Positions 25,263-37,747 of a DNA stretch of 64,000 nt are shown piece by piece. Every line of letters begins with the position of its first letter. Within the stretch, counting starts at the first letter, position 1. The notes under the pieces are model-generated. The model was not told the DNA's origin. It worked only from the letters and a program-made list of their open reading frames with translations, and ran no database searches. The position numbers and the translations under genes were made by a program. The stretch is from Tubulanus polymorphus (taxonomy: Eukaryota; Animalia; Nemertea), in contig NC_134032.1 in assembly GCF_964204645.1 (NCBI RefSeq), positions 10,528,275 to 10,592,274 of the forward strand. The letters run 5' to 3'.

Positions 25263-27828
25263 TTAAACGAGTATAGAATTTTCAAGCGCCATCAATAACT
25301 GCTGGGCCAAATCATCGTCATCTTCCTCGTCATTCTCAGAGTCGCTTTCATCAGGAGCTACAGCCAGATCGGTTACCTAAAATTCAGTCAAGACGATACA
25401 GTTTTAGACCGTGTGCAGATCTGATTCCACAGCTGTTGTACAGATTTCAATAATTAGACCCGAGAATCCAGTACTACAGTTGTTTTGGTTTCATTAAACT
25501 CTGGATCAAGTTCTGGAGTTTTGTTTGATCATGGGGTTTCGTTTTATAGTCCAATATGACTCGGGATCCGGTTCCACAGTCGTTTCATCCTCCCCCGGCA
25601 GGGATTCGAACCTGATGGCATCGAGATTGCCACGGCACGAAACCCTGCCATAATCGACCGTGCGCGCAGATACATGCGCAGTTCAGATGATGTGATTTTT
25701 AGCCAATCAGAAATCCCGTTTTATTTTAGCCCGGGTTTTCCCATTTATAGTTCTTTCTTGAAATTTGCCTCAACGATTATACAACGAGCAATCTCATTGG
25801 TGCCGCCAGTTTTCGTTCGGAAAGCTGCGCATGTACCTGCGCACCCGGTCTACTGATGCAGGGGTTCGTGCCGTGGCTGAGTGTAGCGATGCCATCAGGT
25901 TCGAGTCCCTGCAGAGGGAGGATGCAGTCGTTTGGGTTTAATTTGATTATGGACGGAGCTCCAGGAGCACGTACCATAACACCGGGGTTTTCATCTGTAA
26001 GCAAGCATTCCTGTGACGAGGTGTCGATTTCTACGTAGACCTTCCCGTTCGTGAAAAGGGCCAGTAACAAGCTGACGAACGCGTTCTGAAATGCCCTCTG
26101 CTGGGCGAATTTCTTCACTTTACAAACGGCGTTGGCTTTGTCCCTTACATCTGGAAGGAGAAGAAACGTGAGTTCCCACATATTCACCCAGAGTCCGGGC
26201 TGCGGTTTTTAATGATAACTATTCAGTTTTTAAATTGGTGTGAACTGAATAGGGGTCTGAGGATGGGCCTGAGACTAAACCTTAAGTCTGACTATGGCCA
26301 CAACTGACTGCAACAGGAATCCATAATCGATCTGCAGCTAGACCCTGCACTACATAAGACATTCATAGCGCTATTTTTACAACATTTGTACTAGTCCACC
26401 TATGCGTTAGGGACTTCGCCGGAGACATTTTTAATCGAAAATGGACGACATTTACCAGACACATTTAAACATTTTATCAATGCATTTTGAAACAAGTGGT
26501 CGTCCAAACTTCACATTTGTTCAGCGTTTCACCTCATTTTTACCATGAACATGAACTACTTATTCGACCCGGACATAGATATTTTATCAGCCACTAAAAT
26601 CCTCAGACTTCTTTAATAGGAGACGAACTGTACTGTAACAGGCATTAGGCATTGGCTACAACTCACATTGCCATTTCTCTTCAAATACTCCAAAACCCTT
26701 AGTCTCAACTCCCTGACTAGGAACGGCTATTTTCATACAGCAGCACGCACTCGCGCTTGAATCAGACGAGATTTCATTCGTCAAATTGACGATTTCCGAT
26801 TTCCATCCGTTGAAACCTAAGTAATGATTGGCCAGGTCTTTACATTTGGTCAGACTCAGTGGAATCCGATTGCGTTCGCCTGTGGCGGTCGGCTGCATCG
26901 GTTTCCTGGTCAACTTTCTTATCTGTAAGAGGGTGAAAATTACACATACACATCTTCCTATTTTTCACTGCATTCACGATTTATTTCGAAAATTTCGAAT
27001 ACCTTGGAAATTCTTCCATTGATAACTAATTGATTGTTGAGCGTAGCGCGGGCCTTCCTTGCGTCACGTGACGAGTAGAACCAGACGAACGCGTAGAAAG
27101 CGCAGCCCCCAGCAGCGTCACCGCTATTATCAGTATAAAACTTGCTCTTGTGAATTGTCACGTTAAATACGAGTCCGTACTTCGAGAATGTATCAAACAG
27201 CTGGCTCTGAAAATGTATTAAGTTGGAAAATGTTATCGGAATGGAATACAGTTGCTGTACTCGTGGGTTTTCTGTACAGTATTAGCAACTAGCAGCTGGT
27301 GGCAAAGTCGTATCTAGTGCAAAGGTGGTTTTGAATCTTAAGACTGGTCTTAAGCGTTAGATTTGCTATAGAATTGAGTTGATTTTAGACTGTGACTATA
27401 TGTAACGAGGCCCTGGTTTTCCACTGGTCTCAGCTGGTTGTAGCTGGTAATTCCCCACTGGTCTCTAGGCTATACCATCTACCAGTTGGTTTCTACTGGT
27501 CCGCTGGTCATCACACTGGGTGGTCTCTGCTGATTCGTCCCATCCGGTCACCTGGTCACCGCTGTCGCTGGTCATCACAGGTCCATCCTGCGGGTCTCTA
27601 ATACGTAACAAGGTGGTACTGGAACGTATCTGGTCGATTTCGGCCTGCAGCGTACACCAGTTCCAAACGGTTACAGTTTTGGGGTGGAAATTCCTCGAAT
27701 TGCTACCTAAAGCGCTAACTTACTTGCAATACTTCTGGTTCAATGTCGGCGATGATTTTCGTGATGTAAATAGCTTTTTCCGGATCGTCAGGGCAGAAAA
27801 AATCGATGATCTCAACCACTTCGTTCAT
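25263..27828 (-). CDS. RDM1: RAD52 motif-containing protein 1 (284 aa)
   Basis: Exons 27828-27724, 27206-27003, 26922-26667, 26150-25975, 25376-25263 (855 nt, phase-consistent). RRM: LFDTFSKYGLVFNV...FYAFVWFYSSRDARKAR. RAD52-like motif: LSLTKCKDLANHYLGFNGW. Also KKFAQQRAFQNAF..LLLALFTNGKV and an acidic tail. Confidence 0.9.
25586..25924. repeat. Two inverted tRNA-like (SINE head) segments in an RDM1 intron
   Basis: 25586-25650 (-) and 25857-25924 (+) both read ...ttcgtgccgtggc...gatgccatcaggttcga(a/g)tccctgc..ggaggatg, including a B-box GGTTCGANTCC. Confidence 0.6.
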
Positions 27829-29512
27829 CTCAAAACGTTCCAACTTTCTGAAATACAAAAGATCATCAGTTACTTGGTCATCAGCCATGATCATAGCCGC
27901 GATCACACGGGCATGTTTGGTCGGGGCTTAATTTGGCCAGGGACAACACTGTTCATACAGGTGCCAAGGGGGCCCGTGTCCGGAATTGATTCACTTCGCT
28001 TTCTTTAGTATCGAGTGAGTTGTTTACGTGTGAACACGCTCTCTTATCAGGCACGGGCCAAAATAAGTCCATGTATTTACCAACTTTCAATTCATGTTCA
28101 AAGTTAAATGTCATGCAGTTTTAAGGCAGACCCTAAGTTGCACGTACGTGCCAAGCGCACCTCGACTTGCATGTTATGTCAATGTGGATATTTAGGTTTC
28201 AACAACGGCTCTACCTTCTAGATACCGGATCTAGTGTAGGTAAAAAATAGAGCTCTCCAATAAAAAATCTATCAAATAAGACCTTACTGCTAAATCTATT
28301 AACAAACAGTAATTGGATTTTGACGTTCATTTGCATTATTCTGTAAACCCGTAAATGTTTATATTCCCCTAACGTCTTCTTTAAAAACATTTCATTGTCG
28401 ACTTCATTTCATGTTACTTCATAGCGTATATCATCAGCTTTTAATAAAGGGACATCGTATCAGACAAATCTTGCGGCCACACGTGATCCAACCTCTCCGA
28501 TCCACTTCATTGGTGTCTACAACGTCATCAGCTTTAACGCAGATTCAAAGTTCGGATGCTTTTACCCTTTTTCTTGAGCCAATTAAAAATCTAGGAATAT
28601 TTCTGGGCCTCCAAGAGTTCGACCACCAATCAAGAAAGACAATAAGAACCTCTTTTTTATCTTCAGTAATATTTTTATTTTCTCGATATAAAAATTTACC
28701 ACAAACACAAACGACATCATACAAAACATCATATACATAAAAACATAGTCTTTCATATTTTCATAATATTAGTTATAAGTAAAATAATTGGTCGACTAAT
28801 GAAAGAATTAATTAGTCAATTAATCTTTTTCTGGATTAATTCATCGTTTTATCAGCAATTGACCAACGGTAATTAAGAGAATAATTATACAAAGGTTAGA
28901 ACACAACATAAAGCATTTTTCAGGAGCCCTGGACCTAGAGGGAGAGTAAACCCAGCCCAAGATTTACTCTGCCTAGCCCTGGCAAGCACATTTTTATGCA
29001 TAGGTATTAACAATGAGGAAGGAATCTTTGATTCCAAACAAAAATAAAACATCTTTACAAAAAACCTTTGTTAAACTAAATTTCAAATTTTTAACATCAA
29101 ACACCAGAGTTTGATGGTACAGTAGACTCCACTCAAATCACGCCTATTTAGACCATCTCAGGGTTGAACGGGTTATCTCTGAGTTAAATGGTTACCTCTG
29201 AGTTGAACAGTGATCTCAGAGCTGAACGGGTTATCTCAGAGTTAAACCAACCGTTACCTCTGATTTTTTCAAAATAATCTTCACGTAACACTTTAAATTC
29301 ACGATCACCAAAGCTATAATTTCAAAAGCACATTTATTGTCGTGAGATTTTCAGTCCGTCCGAAAAAAGCCAGCAAAACCGAAATTTCCCCCGAAGTCCT
29401 AAACAAAAGAACGATTTCGAATTTTGCTCATATTTCAAAAAAAAAAAACCTTCACAATTCACCTGGACTTTGAGCAAATTGTCCGAAGCAGTGATCTACC
29501 GGTGGTGACGAG

Positions 29513-32500
29513 TCAAATAACAAAATTTCTCCAAATCGCGAACGCAATACGGGGGGTTAACATAGACGTGAGTAGACCGGCGATTAGATTGACGCTGTGA
29601 TTATCGAGTATTCCGACGCCGCTGATCCAGTCGACGTCTTCGCCCGCGTTCTCGACGATGCACTGACGTTCTTTAGAGAAACCTAGAAGAGCGAAATGAT
29701 GCCGACGAATAATATCTCGCGAGGTTTTGAAGAAAGTTGAAATCAACGAAATTCGTTCGTTCTACAACTGTTCTACAGTATGATCCGCTTAATGCGGATC
29801 ATTTGCGACCAACACAATTCATCCGGTTTCGGGAAATCCGGATTAAAAGTAATTTTCTTGTATATTAATGAACAAAATGGACTGAAAATAATGTCGGGAT
29901 CAGATCGAAATCCGGATTAAGCGGATTTTGCTATATATACATTGGAAGCTTGTTACAACAAACCTCAGGATAAAGTTAGCTTTGAGTTGAAACACTTAGC
30001 TTCTTGAATTCGCTCAACATGACAATTCCATACCTGAGTATTGAAGCGTAGCTCCAAGTAGTGAATCTATCACCGATCCTAACAATCCGGCAATAGTCGC
30101 CACGACGATGACCGGCCATTGTGCGGGGCTGGCGTCCATGTAGTCGGACGGGAGTTGAGACAGCAACATTAAATAGAACGCCACTCCGACGACGAAACCT
30201 CCTAAACAACTACTGATCAGCCCGACTAAAGATACACCTCCGTTAGTACCTGAAATATATACATCATTTAACAATAAGAAGTTACTGCGGCAATCGAGCA
30301 TCCACTGGGTGGCGCTAGTGTGAAATCAGATTTCAAAGACCCACTAAGTGGTACAAGGATTTATCTACCCGGTATGATGTCATAGGTTATTCAAGGAAAA
30401 TTTATCCGTTGAAAGTGTCTATACGGACAATTTGATGATGTCATATGGGGATTTATGAGGGAAGCCATTTTTCCTGAAAGGGGTAGATTGTAAATTGAGG
30501 ATCTCATAGGGGGATCCATGGAAGCAGTCATAGTAGGGTCCATAGGGACGATTTGACGTCCATGTCATAGGGGGATTATGGAGGCAGACGTATTTTCAAG
30601 AGTGATCTCTAGAAGCAATTCGATGATGTCATAGGTGGATTTATATGAGACAGCCGTATTTTCATAGGGACAATTCATAATATCAAAGGAGGATTTATGG
30701 AGGCAACTATTTTTCTAACTGACCTTTAGGCACCGATCTGAGCGTCGTGATAAGGCGAGGTCTCCAGCTCGCGAAGATGACCGTGCCGAGCTCCGAGGCG
30801 AGCGTATCTCCGCAGCTACACGCGAGAGCCCCGACCACCGCCATCGACAACCACGACGCATTATATTTACGAGAGAAATCGATGGCCACCTCCGTACAAC
30901 CGACGTCCATCATGTAGATAATCGCCAGCTCAGTGGCCATACCGCCATTGCATAACACCTGTATCCAATTCCGCTGACCCCCTGAAAAAAAAGGTTCAAC
31001 TTAAAATAAAAGGTAATAAGAAAAATAAAAGGTAACAGATAGTTGAGTTAATCCCCTGTTTCAAGTTAAACTGTTTTATGAAACACACATGTCCTAGTTC
31101 CATTAATCAGCGTGAAAATCTTACTCAAGAGATGAATACTTTGAAAGTGAACTAATTTCAAAAGTTCGAGTTGAATCTTAATACTTTGATCTTGAGCAGC
31201 CTTAAGTAGGCTCAGTGAGATAAGGTGTGATGCTCCCGCAATCACAACTATCAGCGCTGAGTAACAAGCGGGTTCGAGTTCCGCTGGCTGCTTAAAGTGT
31301 GCGGACTGGGCAACGCTTCAAAGGTCATCCCATTTTGAGGTTAAATGAACAATAGGGTTCAAGGCTCGGGAAACCGAGATCCGAACGACATCTGTAATAA
31401 TGACTTCAAACAGAGAGAGAGAGGGAGAGAAGATTACCTTCTTTAAAGTCTTCTTCAAATTTTCTCTTTTGGGAACCGCGGAATTTCGTCGCCTTCGACG
31501 TCACAGTGAAAAACGCCAATAAACACGCGAAAAAGCAGTAGTTGCTGATCGTCAGCACGAAACCGACGAGAAATGCTGAAATAGAAAACCACAAATCTCG
31601 GTTGGTTAAAAAAAAAAATTCCAACTTGAAGAAAAAGGCGATTTCTGGTCACGCGTGAACCAGCTCCATTATTCTATGTTGCTTACTATAGAATCAAAAA
31701 GCTTTCGAATATGGTTTGTCTCGATATTTGTATTCGAGTGAATTTGGTTTTTACTATCTCAAGCACCCAGTTCCGCAGAAATGAGCTAAGATTCGATTCA
31801 GAGTAGCTGGTTCTAGTCTTCTAAGGTTTTTAGATTGGTTTTTCAAGATTTGCTTAGAACGGTCTCAAATCTAAGCCTTGAGTCTGCGCAACTGGGCACA
31901 AAACTGATACAGTCAAACCTGCTTAAGTGGTCACATCACTTATTAAAGTCATCCCTATGCTGTTGTCCCAATTGTATTCTACTTACTGAAAGTCATTATT
32001 TGGATAAGTCATTGACAAACCGGTAACGATTGTCCTTAACCACAACTTAAGCGACGAGTGATTGTACATGTATTTGTACATATATTGTGTTTCAAACTTC
32101 AGTTAATTGAAATCTACTAATTTTGGCTCAACATAATCACAAATCAAGTCAATATGATCGAACTCCTAACCAACTCTAAGGCCCAGTTTCACATTTGTGA
32201 ATTCAAAACGACGTCCCGAAATTTTTCAACGGTTCAGAGTAGAATATTTATCACCTGTAATTGCTCCCGAATCATCTAAACTTTTGTGGCGGCGAGCGCG
32301 TCTGACGATCCACAACGGTACGACGAACGCCAACAAACATCTCCATGGTGACACAGCCGCGTTCGTATCTGTGTAGATAAGATACGATCAGCACAAACAA
32401 TCAAACAGGAATGTTCGGGATGTTTGAAAAAGATATACCAGGTCCCTTGACGACACAAGATCTATGGACTCTCCTTTGAAGAATCCGGAAACTAACCAAC

Positions 32501-34971
32501 AAAGGATTTAAACCCTGTGAATGCAGAGTAGTGGTCAGGGTCAAGTATTGAGCAACTGCCCCCCCCCCCCCCCCCCGATTGATAACTCTTGAATCTACAC
32601 CTTCTTCGACATACTTAGTCTTGTCATCAGCTTTTTAACCCTTAATCACAACAAAAACCAGGATTTCTCACAATATCCACAAAATTTGTCCATATTTTTC
32701 CACGCCAAGGTAGCGGAAACATATCTGGACAGATTTAAAATGAAATACATTACAGCATAATTCTGAGGCCTATATACAGGGTAAAAGCATTTAGACGGAC
32801 ACTACTCATGAATTTTTCCCACATTTTCATAATTTTTCACATTACTTTTTTACTTTTAAAGCAGTTATCATTTTTCACCATTTTCTCATCAATCTGATCC
32901 TTGGCAGAGACTTCTTTTGGAATATATTTCACTGTACAACCATTTTAATAAATGAATTTACGAGAAATCCGAATTAAACATCATATTTTACTACATTTAT
33001 CCACAAATGCACCAGGTAATATGGAGATTAGATCAACTAGGGGTCCAGGGACACCATGCCCACTTGGGAAGTGGTTTCAAATGCTCAACAATCTAACAAT
33101 TTCAATATTCAACGCCCTCTGGTGACCATATACAAAAACCAATGACCTTGAAACTCAATACAATCATAAAACATGTCAGCAGCTACGATTTTGTAATTGA
33201 TTGTGATAACAAACAATGCCTCGTTGACAATTTAATATGGAAATACTAAGTTATTCTACTATTCAACGCCCCCTGGTGACCATATTCAAAACCCAATAAC
33301 CTTGTAACTCACCATATTCATAGAACATGTCATGAACTACAACTTTGCAATTGATGATGGTAACAAAATATGCCTAGGTACCAATATAATAAGGAAATAC
33401 CAGGTTATTCTACTATTCAACGCCCCCTGGTGACCATATTCATTAACTAATGTCCTTAAACCTCACCATAATCATGGACGATGTCATGAGCTACAACTTT
33501 GCAATTGATTGCGGTAACAAAATATGTATTGGTACAAATATAATATAGAAATACTAAGATATTGTATTATTCAACGCCCCCTGGTGGCCATATACAAAAA
33601 ACAATGAACTTGAAACTCACCCAAATCATAGAACACGTTATACGCTACAACTTTCTAATTCATCGTTGTAGCAAAATATGCTTAGGTATCAATATAATGT
33701 CGAAAAACTTTTTCCCACCTACAAATAAGTACTAATGACACCAAGATGGCCGCCAATTGCATCATAATTGGCGGATCAAAAATACCTGTCTCAGGTATAA
33801 AACATCCCTTTACAAAGAATACCCATCACAAATTGCAATGAGAAATGGCAAACCAGTAGGAAGCTACAGGACCTAGAATTCTGGCCAAATTAGACATTTT
33901 TGGGCACTTAAAAGGTCATAGGACGGCCATCTTGAGTCAGATGGACCCAATTTTTCTTATGCTGATGGGCCCTTGGTAGATTCAAATATAATCGAAAGAT
34001 CAAGGTAAATGATCAAAGCGTCTTCAAAATTTCCCTCGTAAATTTCGAAAATGTGTAAAAAGTGCTTTTTTTGGCGAACAACAATGGCTGCCAGTCGGCC
34101 ATCTTGAATCTGACAGGGCCAGTTTTTGGGCTGAAGATGTGTCTAGGGTAGAAACATGTATAAACCAAATATCAAGACATTTCCTTGAAGCGTCTTCAAA
34201 ACTTCCCAAAATAACTGGATTCCGTCTACAGACGGACGGACGACGGACGAAAAGTGAACGCAATAGCCCGCTGGGACTAAAGTCCCAAGTGAGCTAAAAA
34301 ACGATTTCAAACAAGGTCTGGAATAAGCAGGTTTGGTCGTTTCAAAAATATTCATGACAAATTCCCAATCAAATGCAACTGATTTCTCCTTTTTATTACT
34401 ACGTAGAAACTGAAAATGAAATTGCCTTATCCAAAAAATGTTTCTGAATATATAATTAATTTATAATTACATTAATAATATATGAACGTATTCTTTGCAG
34501 TGGAAAACAAACAGTTTATGTAACCAGACATCTAGGTCACACCTGTCATCCCGATTATTCATCGAGAAATATGTGACATTTTTAAACTTAACCTACTTCT
34601 AGCGGGTGACCTACTAGAGGAAAATAGAAGCTGTTGCCATTAACATAGAACCCGTTTATTTTCAAGGCCACCGTAGTCGTAAAAAATGTCTGTATTTGAC
34701 TTTGCGTACCCCTCCCTTTTTAGCGATTCCCCTTCATCAGCCTTCACCTCCTTATCAAATAAGAAAAAAAAACATCTTTTAAAATGCGATCGATGTCTCG
34801 AGGTTAGATTAAACATTTAAATTAAATTGGTTATCGAGATCTAAAGATGAACTTACCGTCAAATGCGCCGTACCAGTGGAAGAAGAGGTTACACAGCCAG
34901 AATATCAAAGACAACAGGATTTGAAGCGAAAGGATCTTCGCCAAAAACATATTTTCGACATCTCGGGACAT
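29513..34971 (-). CDS. TMEM19: Transmembrane protein 19 (DUF92 family), 336 aa
   Basis: Exons 34971-34857, 32368-32255, 31575-31438, 30981-30724, 30249-30034, 29682-29513 (1011 nt). Motifs SPWR, KSLDDSGA, FKEGGQRNWIQVLCNGG, CSCGDTLASELG, PRLITT..VPKGTNGGVS, GLLGSVIDSLLGATLQYSG, ILDNHSVNL. An alternative in-frame ATG is at 34950. Confidence 0.92.
31197..31395 (+). mobile_element. tRNA-derived SINE-like element in a TMEM19 intron
   Basis: A-box-like taggctcagtgag, B-box gggttcgagttcc, and complementary gcagcc...ggctgc ends. Confidence 0.4.
33050..34300 (-). mobile_element. Helentron-associated (HINE/DINE-like) non-autonomous element carrying a 154-bp tandem array
   Basis: Minus-strand end tttttagctcacttgggactttagtcccagcgggcta (short hairpin) is followed by a (GTCC)n-like microsatellite. 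Four repeats of tattcaacgcccc(c/t)tggtg start at 33106, 33260, 33414 and 33568. The left boundary is uncertain. Confidence 0.6.
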
Positions 34972-35089
34972 ACGTGAACAAGGGACAGATTTTATAGTCC
35001 AGTCTGACCGTGTCGTGCTGCCATTCGCGGCAAAATTAAGAACTAATTATTGTTTAGACTGGTAACCAGTGAGAGGCAACCAGTCTAAT

Positions 35090-35215
35090 ATATTTAAGAT
35101 CACCCAACTTCGAATTTTGTCACGTCATAATCTTATAATTGAAAATGGAAGGAGACTTGGCATTGATCAATCAAATCGTATTTGCCCTCATTGTAACGCA
35201 ATCGGTGACGAATCC
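35090..35215 (+). mobile_element. Non-LTR retrotransposon (CR1/L2-like) ORF2 C-terminal fragment
   Basis: ITQLRILSRHNLIIENGRRLGIDQSNRICPHCNAIGDE resembles the ..R.S.H.L.IE.GR......R.C..C....DE Cys/His-rich tail. Confidence 0.6.
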
Positions 35216-35299
35216 GACTTACGCTTTAGCGAAGCCCAAATCGCGAATTTCGAAATAGCTTCAATGCTCGTACGTAACTACTAAGATTAAGAATTTCGT

Positions 35300-35850
35300 A
35301 TCACTTAAATGTCCGACTCCTAAATCCTTGAAAGCTATGGTTGTCTCAAGTACACCTGTTTATGTGATATAAACACTACCTATATAGGTAAAACAAAAAG
35401 ACACCTAGTAACAAGAGTTAAGGAGCACAAACTTAAGACTTCAGCAATGGCCAACATCTGTCGATATGCCGTGACTGTCACAAGTCTCGTCGTTTAGCGA
35501 AAAGAATTTCAAAATTTTAGATAAAGGATCTTCTGATTTAGATTAGAGAAAAATTAGAGAAGCACTTTTTATCAAAACTCAACAGCCCTCCCTTAATCAA
35601 CAACTATTCGAACACGGTTCAGGCTTCCTCCTCAATGTTTTTAGATAATTAACTACTAGTCAAATATCTTCACCCAGTAATTTAGATTGTGTGTAATTAA
35701 TTATCTTCGTATTATAATTATATTGTCACACAATTGTTTGTAATTAGCTTCGTCTTATTCTATATAATTACCAGTATGATATGTAAATTCAATCACTTGC
35801 TCTATGCCTGAAGAGGGGATAATGTAACTCCCAAAAACGTTCGTTTGATA
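35300..35850 (+). mobile_element. Penelope-like element 3' relic: GIY-YIG endonuclease pseudogene plus 3' region
   Basis: Frameshifted translation SLKCPTPKSLKAMVV/KYTCLCDINTTYIGKTKRHLVTRVKEH..TSA...NFKILD...IREALFIKTQQPSLNQQL...LNVF*. Confidence 0.8.
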
Positions 35851-37747
35851 ATATTACTCATTAGAAAATGAGATTTGTACTGTTTTTGCTTCTGTGGATC
35901 TTAAATTATAAAACCAATTTCTCCTATGAGAGATTTATCCTAGAAGAGAATTGGGACATGCCACGGATGGACATAATTCGGCGGATGTAACTTGAATTTG
36001 CAGTTGAAAAAGTAATGTCCACAAAACAAGGATATCAGTTTTTAGGTCACCGATATCTCTTTTACATTGTGGCCTTGATTTCTTCTTAAATCTTATTTGC
36101 AGTTCCAATTTAAGCTGGCCGTTAATTAACTTGATAAATCATCCAACTATAGTTGATGTCCGCGAATGATGCAAAGCAAGATATTGAACAAAAATAAACC
36201 ATATTTCATTTTCAAATAATTCAATAACATAAAGTTAGTGCAGCACCCCTTTAGTAGTGTACATATTTGTGTTAAATTGGCCGAGGCCACTAGTTCAAAA
36301 TACCCAGCCAGCCTGAGGAGGATGCAAACACTCGTGACAATTACTGCTTATCAAAGTCCTCACACATTAAAACTTCCGAGGAAAACCGAATGCCGTGAAG
36401 AATTGACTTGATCTAGACTCTATAGAAAGAACAAAAAATGAATCCCAGTTTTTAGTGCAAGTGTTTTATTTTCATCAAAAATAATATCTAGGTAAAGGCA
36501 CATTTCAATTCAAAATTATCAAATTTTAAGTTACAATATTTTTACAATATCCAAAATAATCAAAGGATCCTGTGACAAGGGAAGGGACTTCAAAGTGTGC
36601 ATTTATTTCCAAATCATTATCACAATTCAATATCACAGCTCTTCACAAAAAAATCTATATTATACATTTTCAATTTCGTAATCTTTTTGAACATTTAGAT
36701 ATTGCGCGGTGTAGTGTTAAAAGTCTCTAACAATTTTCACTAATTAAGATACTAAGATACAATATATTAGAATCGTTGATAAATTATGATACAATAACTA
36801 AGTAGCAAAACATGATAAATAAATAGATCGATTAACGGATAACAGAACAACCAAAGTTTTGGTCAAATTTTCCTCGAATTCGACGCAAACTTAATTAATT
36901 AATCTTAACAGTTCTTAGAACCAAAAAAATCTCGATGAATTTAACGCATAGAAATTCATTGAGCTTAATTTGATTTATATTTCATTAATCATACATTACA
37001 AAATCGAATTTACACACACGAATTTATCACAAAATTTACCAATTTTAAATTGGCAAAAAATGTAAATTGCTAACAGCGCTTAGTTTTTTCAAATTGGGGT
37101 GTGTGGGCTGGCAAGATATTGGCGAAATACACAAAATCCAATTCGTGGTCATTCATTTATTACGTACGCATTAGGGGAGGGGATGGTGTCAGTGCAATTG
37201 CGTACTGTAATGCTTAATGTAAATGAAAAAATGGCCGATTTTGCGTACAGAGGGGGAGGGGGGGTTGAAAAATTTAAATTTTATGCGTACGTAATAAATG
37301 AATGATCCCTTCTGAACCCGAAAACGGCGCAACCAGTTTCACGTACCTACCTCACGATCTAATTCCAAAGAGTTTGACAGATGGACCTAGTGCTACAGAG
37401 CTCAGGACAGTTCTGCTGGACTCGGCTTTATAAAGTCTAGTCCATCAGACACTAGCTCCTCACCGCTCAGGACGCAGTGTGCCAGGACCCACAGTGTGAC
37501 ACAGCTCAAAAATCATTCCCAAGACCTAGTTCCAATAGGACAATTAAAGTCTACTCTTCCATCAAAATCCCTTAATCGATTTCGGATTTTCCGATGACAT
37601 AACTACAATGAAATAGTCGAAGTGGACATGACTCAAACTTTTCCCTGATCTCACTCCAACAAACCCCCCCCCCCCCCCAAGGATTGAAGGCAAATTCCGG
37701 ACGGATTGATTATTAGGTACATATATACTACACATATCTCAATGAAA

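Noticed and set aside
25857-25924. Genuine tRNA genes here or at 3106 and 31197
   Set aside because: They have A/B-box-like motifs but I could not fold a complete cloverleaf, so they are treated as SINE-like.
27829-27906. N-terminal extension of RDM1 (MIAAMIMADDQ...) suggested by the ORF track
   Set aside because: It contains a good splice acceptor (ttttgtatttcag) just upstream of the ATG at 27828. The shorter start gives a normal RDM1 N-terminus and length.
33106-33720. Regularly spaced repeats here (and at 1-350) as a CRISPR-like array
   Set aside because: Whole units are homologous, with no unique spacers. The context is eukaryotic and there are no cas genes.
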